64,000 nucleotides of DNA from Phoronis australis (taxonomy: Eukaryota > Animalia > Phoronida): contig NMRA01000025.1 in NCBI GenBank assembly GCA_002633005.1, forward strand, positions 875,390 to 939,389, read 5' to 3'. This document shows, piece by piece, positions 54,101 through 64,000 of the stretch. The notes under the pieces were generated by a model, which was given only the letters and a program-made list of their open reading frames with translations, ran no database searches and was not told the origin of the DNA. The position numbers and the translations under genes are program-made. Every line of letters begins with the position of its first letter. Positions within the stretch are counted from its first letter, which is position 1.

Positions 54101-54292
54101 CTTCATCGTCGGTATTGACCGCAATTTATATTTCGTCGGATGAATTACAATTACAGTGACTTACAATTACAATGAATTACAATTACAATGCGCCTATCCT
54201 CTCAGCGTAGGATTTTAACACAGTAAGTTTTTGCAACAAATTTTCGCCGGTTGACTCGAGAGTCAGTGTCATCCACGACTATTTTCCACTCA
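51124..54292 (+). repeat. About 870-bp near-identical direct duplication (51124-51982 vs 53419-54292), second copy starting right after an n
   Basis: Long colinear identity with scattered SNPs and indels; explains the twin ORFs at 51423 and 53714/53848. Confidence 0.85.
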
Positions 54293-55774
54293 TCGTACCA
54301 TGGAACAGACTTGGAATTTAACCACACTCTGGCACTCCTGCCGCTGGCAATTGCGAGACCCAGTCACCATGTGTTGTTTTCCGTCCCTCGACAATAGTTG
54401 TATGTAAAAACCTAAATTCTAGGTTAAACACACTGACGTCGGAAAAATAGTTCAAGTTGGAAATGTATAAATTCAAGCGTAGCTACACATGTTTTTTCCA
54501 CGTCCCTTTGATGATTCTAGTACAGATTAGCACCCGTATAAAATTGAAATCTCCGACTTCCTGTCCCGTTGTGGATCTTTTCACGAAAAGTTTATTTTTA
54601 TTCTGACATTTCACCAAAGCTTTCTAGAATTCTCAGTGAAAAGGTTGGGTATTTCTTACCCTCTGACACAGCGCCACCTATACTGCAAAGTTTTTCGTTT
54701 AGCACTGTGATAGAGTGTAGGGTATTTCTCCGAATGATATGGCACGACAATGTTATTTAGATAACATCAAACTATTTACTGGGTTTGGTGAGAGAAGCAC
54801 CACTAACAGCAAATTAAGTTTTAGCAGGAAGATATCTCTTCCTGGAAACCACATTTGCTGTTCTTGTTAAAAATCTAGTAAACTGAGCGCTGTTTATGTA
54901 ATATGACTATTATCCTGGAACATCACGTTTCGCACAATGGGTGGCAAACATTTTTGCGACTGTCACAAAAATTGAGTGGTGAAATAAAGCAGGCATGTTA
55001 AGGTGAATAAAACAGGCATGTTAAGGTGACTTCTTACTTTCCAAGATATGAGCGTTGTTGGGATGGAGCTCATAATTAGCTTCATGATTATTTTATCTTT
55101 AGTTTCAAGTTGACCATATTTGACCTGCCTTATAAGCATGGCTCAAAGTAACTAAAGCAGCCATAACGCTTTGGACATGACACTCAACTGTAGGGTTCAG
55201 ATAATAGGATACCTTCGTAATCAAGGATCAAATTTGTGAAATAAAATTTCAGAATTAACTGTAAACCTAAAATGTATTTTAAAATCCTTGATGATCACAG
55301 AATGTTATTAAGTGGACACAAATAATGGCGAGATGTTAGAAACGCTATGTGACTCTGTTTTATTTTATTTTTATTTTTGATTTTCACAAGAGAGGCTACA
55401 AAACCGTCAAATCTGTTCCTTTAATCTATTAGCTACAGAAGCTGGTCCAGGATTTTCTTTTTAGTAAGTCTTAATTTTTGACTGCCAAGTTGTTAAATGT
55501 TGCATAAAAGCTGAAAACTCAATCCACCATTCAGAAATAGCCGATAGGCAATTTGTCAATCAATACCATTTTATTTCAAGATAAACATGCGTGAAGTATT
55601 TACATAGCACAAGTGTAACCCATATTCACTGAACTGTCCCACCTTGGCAATGCGTTAAATCAATACACCCATTCCAGCAATTGCACATAATGCTTCACAG
55701 GCAATGTCAAAGGTCAGCCATGACAAAATGAGGTCATAACTGAGGCAGACTTTGATGAGACTGGGTCTGAGATT

Positions 55775-58700
55775 TCATTTCATTTTCTGCACAATCACTG
55801 CATTGAGTAGTTGGGCCTCCGCTAACGTCTGCCGCTCGTTTGTGATTTCTTTATTGGGAAATGTTGTCAACAATGTGAAGGACCCAGCTCCAAGTTGCGG
55901 ACGAGCGCTGGTGACAAGGTTAAGGAACGAATAGAAAACATATGACTGAACAAAGTAAACATATTACAAACAAATAAAATGTAATTTAATTAAAAAAAAT
56001 AATGAAATTTTTGTTCCATCTTAAAAGATTCAATTATCAACCTAGTTTAGATTTTCATGTTGTGACTGAAAGTAAGAGGGAAAGCCTCTTTAATATAAAA
56101 GTTGAATAAAGTAATGAAACAATGATGATTGACAGATAAAATACACTAAATAGTGTAGCCTATCAATCCATCTAAAGATACGTATCAGAATAAGATATAC
56201 AACATTATTAAATGAACACTCAATGGTAGTTGCCAAGGATACGTTAAGATATAATTCCTGACATCAGAGACGGTGTGCGAGTGGTTGAACTTGACAATTA
56301 GCCTGAAAAAACAATATGTCTGGCATGAGAAAAACACTATACTGACACTACACTATGTGTTGATAACCAGAGGATTAAACATTGTATTAAAATAGTTTCT
56401 GTTAAAAGCACTCTAAAAGTATGAGCTTTTTCAATACTTGCCATAATTCTTTTCTCATACATCTAATTCTTTTCTCATGAACCACAATTCTCATGTCACT
56501 GTCGCATAGTATCAAGCACAAGGAAAAAAAACAATCAGTGAGCAATTTCAGCATTTAATGTTTAGACCAGAAACCAGCTAACTGTGTTTGAAACTCGATT
56601 CGAACATTGACCAGCTATGAGGCTTGCGCCTACGGTAAAAATTCTTCAGTTTGGGACATAATATAATGAACAGGTTAAATTTCATTTTTTCTAATTTTCA
56701 ACACAAATAACTTTTCAGGAAAACTCATTTGCTTCCAGATAAGACTCTGAAAAATCAAAATATGGCAATTTCAGCGATAATTTTTGTTCCAAATTGAAGA
56801 TTTTTTATCGCACTCAACTTTTGGACTTAACAATGCATGAGGGGTAAATTTTCGAGTCATGTTCTTGTTAACTTTGTTGCTTGTGAGCCCCTACCTCGAT
56901 CCGTCTGAGAGTCGAATCTGTAGTTGTGTGGTTGGTTGTGTTGAGTCAACCACTACTTTCTCTTTAGCCATACTTTCATATCTCTCAGCCAGTGCGGGGG
57001 ATGTTTGAGAGACAACAGATGGCGCTGGACTGAAACGTAAATTGTGATATCATGGTAGCACAAACACCTACAACATGACACTTATCAGTGCTTGATGCAC
57101 ATTTTGTTTGGCAACTTAGAAAAACTTCCAGGTCGCCATGAAATGTAGCCAGCCAGCTAGTAATATGAAGACTATCGTATATCTAGTATACAGCCAGCTA
57201 GTTATATGAAGACTATCGTATATCTAGTATACAGCCAGCTAGTTATATGAAGACTATCGTATATCTAGTATACATCCAGCTAGTAATATGAAGACTATCG
57301 TATATCTAGTATACAGCCAGCTAGTAATATGAAGACTATCGTATATCTAGTATACAGCCAGCTGGTAATATGAAGACTATCGTATATCTAGTATACAGCT
57401 TTGCACTAAGGCTAGAAAGAACACAAAAGAGCAGAGTCTGTTTATGAGTCGTGCACAGACAACATGTGCTAATCATCTGATTCTGCCTGAGTAGATGACC
57501 TTGCACGGGATATTATGTCTCTGAGAGAGGAACATTGATTGATGTTGACCCTATTGGACACTTCTAATTTTCCGTTTGACAAGAAGAAAAAACAGCATCC
57601 ATGCAATCTGGAGTGGACAGCTAGATGTATGATGGTATTCCATTTATTTCATTTTAAATTAGCTCTTGCCAACTATGCACTGTTTGTAGGAGTCAGGCCT
57701 TTAACTAGAACCCCACCCCCTCCCCCCGTGTGAGGTTTTGGTGACCTGGTGGCATTTGTTGACTTGATGTTTGCCTTATTAAAGAATAAGTAACAAGTAC
57801 AATTGTGCTTCTTAATTTTTTTCTAATTATCCAAGATTATGCAGGTTCGTCCCAAATGAAACATCTGATGAACATCATGTAAAGAGTTATTACTGAGTCG
57901 TCATGGTAATTCTTCAGAGAAGAGAAAAATTATTTCCAACAAAAATATATCTTCTATTAGCTTAATTTGTACTGTATCGAAGTAAACAACATTTGACAAA
58001 GCTTTCACTATTTGCAACGAGCTGTTCAGCTTTTGAAAACTCAAAAATGATAATTTTGGCACTGTTATTTTTGCCTGAAAGAAGGAAGAGATTACCACGT
58101 TACTTGAGCTGGGTTCAGATAATGAGAACGAATGAAAAATTTCCGACATCAGGCACTTCCCACATGATCCCATTGCTGTTGCCGTACATGTCTGTTACAT
58201 ACAAAGGTTATTTATGACTAATTGGACCATGCATACAGCTACTGTGGCCCAGTGTTTTACCTCAAAAGTCATACATAATACAGATAGATGATGTCACATT
58301 ATGATCCAACTTTTGTTTGATTCGTGACAGCACTGATCAATCACTCAATGACATTTTTGTAAAAAGACCTTGTAAAACAGTGTGAGTAGACCGCATTTCA
58401 CATCAACAATTGTTACACCAAGGCAATCTACAAGTAGCACAGCAATAAGACCGTATAGTTATTGTCAGCTTGATATTCCCTTTCTGAGAGCCTCAAGCAC
58501 TCAGAATAGAGTGTCTTCTAACAGAGAGCACAGCCTCAGCACCACCCTCTAAGAGCCTCACCTTCCCAGCATCTGACCAGCTCCTGAAAAGGCTTTCATC
58601 GTTTGCTTAGGAGCCACATAGTCCTCCTCTCTGTGATCTTCCATATCCAAGTTGACCTCACCACCACGTGCCATGGACCGCAGTTCATCAGGAATAGACC

Positions 58701-60786
58701 TGTAACGTTATGCTATATTATACACGATGTGACAGACCTGCGCAGGCTGCTCAGGTGGGCTCATCGCTTTGATCACGTGGAGCTAAAGACAGTACTCAAG
58801 GGTCTAGCAATGTGCACCAGTGAGGCTCGATGCCACGACCTTGAGTAAAGGAAGAGGACGCTTACCCCATTAAGCCACAATGTTTCCTCTGTCAAGTCAT
58901 AACATAAAAGAGCATTTTTAAAAAAAGCTACTTCAAACAAGCCTTCAGTAAAAAAAATATTTTGATTTCTAATTAACTTTTCCAATTTTGGACACATATG
59001 AGTGAGAATTGTTAGTCCCTTACACGCCACATGTTGGCCACATCCCGTGACCGATAGTTGAAAGGGAACTAAACAATGTTTTGATGATTTCCACCAATCC
59101 TAGTGCTGTCACCTTTTAATGCATCATTGGTGTCAATCTTCCAAGCTAAGGGCAGGAATCGGCTAAAAACTCAATGCTTAATTGTGTCACAGACTGGAAA
59201 TTATGGTCTTTGGTGGGTGGTCATTACAACGGTAGCCGTGTAATTCGCTAAAATCCTACGTCACGCTTGCCCGTTTAACAGACTGTGAAAAGAGTTTTCA
59301 AATTTTCTTCCAAATGTTTGAGGGTTGTCGAGGGTTACAGAGCATTATTTTCGTTGTAGAGAACTGGATGGGAAAGTCGTTTTTAGTATCATAGGCCAAA
59401 ACTGGGTTTGGTATCCTTTTAAGGTGGAAATGATCTCTGTCCTGACTGGGACTCAAAAAAACCCAGTTAACTTATAGCTTAGATCAGACTCTACATATTG
59501 CCATCACAGCCTGTCATACTATGGGCCGTACATGGTCTTAAGGAAAAGCAAACAGTTAGTTCTTCACAAACCCAGGAATCACTTCTCATCTCAGATAGGA
59601 AAGAGTTGACACCAATTATATAGAAGTGACTGAGCAATTGGTCTGAGCTTCTTGGAATGAACACAGGTTTTTGTCATGTTAAACAATGATTGTTTCAATT
59701 TTGTCATCACTGAAAGTTACAAACCATGAGAATTTGAATTGAAAATTCGATTCCGGTAGGTAAAATCAGACTAGAAAAATGCTACGCGTTTCCAAGAACA
59801 CTAGTGAGTGTATGTGAAGCTATCCAACAGAAAATAATGCTTTTAATCAAGTTTGTGTCAATGACGGGCTGCTACCAAACTATATGTCATCCAATTACAA
59901 AACGCTGAACAATTAAAACTCAAAGAGCTGCTGTCTTGTCACATATTTACCTTCTCCTGAAAAATTAGGACACTTTCCTAAACAGCCATTTTATCAGAAA
60001 AACAACATGACCTCCAATGATGGCATAGACCACACACTTACAGTACAAGCCAAAAGCATTCAGACAGCATGACCCAAGACGGCGGCTGGACTGTAGCCAA
60101 AATCATCATCTGAGAAATTTTCTTTCATGATGAGTACAAAGGGGAATTAACAAGACAGTTAATAAGGTGACTAAAACTTTAAAGACTAACTTCAACAAAA
60201 TTTTGTTATTTTAGGCTTATTGGGTTACCTAGGTAATCCTAACAAAGCCCTAACAAAATAAGAAAACGCGAATTTAATCACGCAAATGTAGGCCCATCAA
60301 ACGATAGGTGAAGTTGCCTTTTCGTGAAATATTGCGCTACCGCGAGATCCCAGCACAAACAGTGAAAGGCCGAAAACAGCTGTATTGAACAGGGGTCTGA
60401 ATAGAACACCATTGTGTACCGGTGTTATTCACAGCTGTTTGAATTAAAAGGTGATTCTCGCGGTGATGTAGACAAAAGCAAACCAATACGACTAAACAGT
60501 TTGTTACATTTGACAATTTATGGAACTAGTGGGCTCAGAGTGATTCTTTTAAGATACACTGTAGGAACCAAATTTACAGTTGTTACCATTGTAGCCGTCA
60601 TGAGAGGGAAACGTTATTTTGTCTGGTTACTTAATGTCTTGTAGTGAACCTATAGTGTGACAACACAATAACTTACCCTTGGTGTATTGAGTCCAAGAAA
60701 TCTTTATTGGCTTTGTCCTGGTAATCTCTCAGTGGTCCGTCATCAACACTGAAACCATTCTTCCACAATTTGAGTACGACGGCAAC
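55775..60786 (-). CDS. NSFL1C: NSFL1 cofactor p47 / UBXN2-family p97 adaptor, 3' part (SEP, SHP, UBX); 5' exons not located, probably beyond the window
   Basis: Exons 60786-60677 ([37 protein letters not shown]), 58699-58562 ([33 protein letters not shown]), 57029-56895 ([14 protein letters not shown]), 56302-56243 ([15 protein letters not shown]), 55907-55775 ([19 protein letters not shown]). Confidence 0.95.
55908..56242 (-). other. U12-type (minor spliceosome) GT-AG intron in p47 gene
   Basis: 5' splice site GTATCCTT; perfect branch point TTCCTTAAC (55927-55919) about 11 nt before CAG, with no extended polypyrimidine tract. Confidence 0.92.
57150..57400. repeat. 41-bp tandem repeat x6 in p47 intron
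   Basis: Unit cagccagctagt(a/t)atatgaagactatcgtatatctagtata. Confidence 0.92.
58740..58878 (-). mobile_element. Second copy of tRNA-headed SINE-like element
   Basis: Minus strand gtggcttaatggggtaagcgtcctcttcctttactcaaggtcgtggcatcgagcctca; body similar to 38655-38700. Confidence 0.6.
59062..59418. mobile_element. Second copy of the TTAA MITE at 48317
   Basis: Colinear similarity; ends gggtttggtatcctt|TTAA. Confidence 0.8.
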
Positions 60787-60919
60787 CTAAATAAGATGAC
60801 AAGTTTCAAGAAAAATGACGTGAATTTGGTCTGATGACCCACTTCGCAATCGCTGAACAAAGTTTTAGCCCAGTAATAATGAACGCATAACTGTCATACA
60901 AATAATGAACAGAATAAGC

Positions 60920-61020
60920 TTAGTGCCTAGCAGTTAAGACCTTGTGTTAGTGCCTAGCAGTTAAGACCCTGTGTTAGTGCCTAGCAGTTAAGACCTTGTG
61001 TTAGTGCCTAGCAGTTAAGA
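60920..61020. repeat. 27-bp tandem repeat, about 4 copies
   Basis: Unit ttagtgcctagcagttaagacc(t/c)tgtg. Confidence 0.88.
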
Positions 61021-64000
61021 GTGAAGTACGGCTCACAGCAGGCAAAAATGCCCAGAGGGGTGATAAACCCAATGTCACCGATTTGAACCATACTATGCAT
61101 TTTAGTTACATTTGGGATGATAAACAAAACAGTAAAGTCCAATCTCATTTTACCTTGTTTAAGGGGGAGAAATCAGGGAGCCTCTATTTTGAGGGTATGC
61201 CATGCAATGAACTCGCCGAAAATGCCTTATTTGCACTGCACAATAAAAAATATGGGCGCACGAGATCATTATTTGTTTGTAATTTTTAAATACAGCAAGT
61301 CTTCGGCTTTACAAAGATGTTAAACAATACTCATTAACTCTGCCGCTAAGTTAAAAATTTCAGGCATAAATTATAGAGGGGTCAGAGGTTAACAAAGCAT
61401 TACAATTTCGCCACACTTTGAGCCCGTATATCTCAGCTGGCACAACACTGATCAACACCAGACTTTTACACAAGACGTTTCTATCTTATTGCTGTTGATT
61501 AATACAATAAAATTTTCTGGCGCTGAGCATTTTTTTATACAAATTGCAAGATTGCGACAACCACCTGAGTAGAAATTACCTTCAATACCGATACCTGTTT
61601 GGGACATTACAACACCAGTAAAGTGCATAGTTTTGATTCAAAAGTTGATTTATTAATATTTAGTTAAGTGTCATTAAGTCAGGCGCAATTGTTTAAGGTA
61701 TTTTTCCTTTTTAATTAAAATTCCGCGTTTTTCGTGAACCCAGTATCCAACAACAGGTGTCACTTTAGTGGTGGCAAAATGGTTGATCCTGAGTTGCTGT
61801 GTTATCTGCTAGTATGATGGAGTCTGATGAAGTGTATGGAACCTCAAAAGAATGTCTTCTGTACATGTGTGAAATCTTGATGCGGCATAAAGTGAGTAGC
61901 GAACCACCGCAACTACAGACTGTGCAGCAACTGATTTTGGCGAGAGTCGGACAATTTACAAATGCGTGTTCACCTGACCCGTGACACGCCTGTGTGACTG
62001 CGTCCAAGGCAAGGCCAAGACACTTGGGCTGATCTTGGAATTCTGTGGAAACCATGTAAACTCTGCAAACACCCATTTCATTAGTGGTAGCTTGCGTGCC
62101 AAGCCTGAAGTGGGGATGCTGGTTGAAATGTCTAAAGTCAACTTACTTTCACAGGAACTCAACAATGTCAATACACTTGTGTTCTTTCCTGTTGGATCTG
62201 GTGAGTACTACTACTGCTTTGTTTGAATTTGAGGTTATCACGAGAGCATTGTGGCGGTAATAGTCAGTTTTGTGGATACATGATTCGAGAACCAGTTAGC
62301 ATCGCTAGAAACAACACATGTTATTCTAATACAGTACCCTGCAATGCAAGTTACTGGTCCTCCTTTCAGGAAGATCACAAACTGTGTGACCATGCATGTA
62401 CCACAAAAATGTAACAACAGTACTTGTTTTTGAACATGTAGTATAGACAAAGTTTTTTATTGTACGCACTGGTGAAATTTAGTAGTTCTATGCCTGCATC
62501 ACTGTAAACAACTGATTAACAGTCTTGTGTTCCTAAGGGCAAATCAGTGATATACCTGCCCTGTCGCCGTTGTTGGAGTCTAGGCTAGCCTAGAGTTATT
62601 CAGTCCACTTACTAGAAGCGTCTTGTGTTAGTTGTAAGTTTAGTCTGAGATTATGTGCATCTAGTGGCCTGTACTTGTTGCAAGCGGAAAATGCAATATC
62701 TCATTGACTTTCACTTTTCAACAACCGATATTGTTGTTATGCATCTTCTTTTTAGTTCATTACAGGAAGTATTTTTTCTGTACATATATTGATGAAGGCT
62801 GTAGTTATAGCATTATAAATTCCAATTTTAACTGACAACCTGCATGCCGGAATTTCTTTTCACTTCAGCTGTCAGTGAATTATGTAATTCTGGAAATCAT
62901 AGCGTGTCGTTATGTTTAATGAGTACCACTATGTTGACATTTGTTGTCTGGATATGATATTCATTTGATGTCCAAAGGAATCCAATCAAACTGGCAAAAA
63001 TAAATCAAGTACCCACAGTGTTTTTTCTTGTTGTACTTATGGTCGTTTTACATATTACACTCCATGGGTCAAATGAATTATCTCAGCTAAAATCATTGGA
63101 TCACTCAGCGGCAGTTACACCTGTGTAGTGGCTGGGCTCTGCAAAGTTCTGCAAAAAGTGTATAATTTGAGAGTGTTACAACCTTCCTGTCATTTTTCAG
63201 AAAGTAGAGCAACAAAGCAGACCCCGCAAAAACTGCACAGGCGATGAAGACGGATGAGCAGTTTCGGGAGGAAGGCTGGCTGACACTACAACAGGATAAA
63301 GATTTCTTTTCACGCTTGGCCTTGAACCGCACTGGAAAATGGTCAAATGAGGGAGATAATGAACTTGACAGTCAGTGATGTCCAGTAATACTCTGGATTT
63401 CATCTTTGTTAAAAAATTATACAATCTGTTGGGTTGTCTGATTGATTTAACTAGTTGTTATTGATGTGATATTGTAGAAACTGAGGTAAATGCAAAATGC
63501 AATATAGCAACACTTGCTGTGATGTTGTCAGTAAAATTTAGGATATTTAGTCAGTGTTCTGGTTGAAACTTTGCTGTCCAATTTATTTGAAGATGCTGGT
63601 ATTTCAGTTTTCATCTTTCAAATTCATATTACACCCAATCTCTCTTAACTAAAAAGCGAAGCCTTATCTGAGTGTTAGCTTATGTACAAGATTAAGGAAA
63701 GGTGGTGACTTAGGCATACTTGAACCAATTCACTGGCATTTAGATCAAAGAACACATTTACATATCTCGTTTTTCCATGCTACATTGTACCACTTAACTG
63801 GATGACCAGTGTTAAACCAGATTACGGTCACATTGAATATCATTTTGACTTTTATCTGTTCTAACATTGTTTTTGCAGAATGAGAGTTACTTGTACGGTA
63901 TGTGATGATGAGTTAAGGGAGGTGCCGAGGTCACCTGTATTCTGAATTGTTAACATCAGGAGTGTCATGTTTGAGCCAATTCACTGGTATTTAGATCTTT

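Noticed and set aside
58286-58342. Intronic C/D snoRNA candidates (also near 57865 and 63905)
   Set aside because: C-to-D box spacing too short, and no terminal stem or recognisable rRNA complement.
63105-63332. Minus-strand ORF with a TM-like stretch as a p47 exon or type II membrane protein
   Set aside because: No resemblance to p47 UBA or linker motifs, and no supporting exons.

Overview
AT-rich, intron-rich animal (invertebrate-type) genomic DNA, not prokaryotic. Most ORF-track calls are spurious; the real genes were rebuilt by hand from splice sites. Five spliced genes are present: nicastrin (+), CKS1/2 (-, tail-to-tail with nicastrin), SDHC (+, head-to-head with CKS), an unrecognised 292-aa secreted protein with a Cys-free mature region built as signal/acidic spacer/amphipathic helix/acidic spacer/amphipathic helix (-), and the 3' half of p47/NSFL1C (-), whose last intron is a textbook U12-type intron. 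Intergenic and intronic DNA holds TTAA-flanked Kolobok-like elements (one with a THAP relic), a TA-flanked TIR family, a CR1/L2-type LINE fragment, tRNA-like SINEs, foldback elements and many minisatellites. Two duplications next to single 'n' bases are probably assembly or haplotype joins. The most novel-looking item is the secreted multi-helix precursor. Other leads are a possible second SDHC promoter/first exon, an apparent 1-nt frameshift in the candidate nicastrin exon 1, and NCSTN-CKS-SDHC linkage that parallels human 1q21-23. Coordinates were read by eye and may be off by a few bases.
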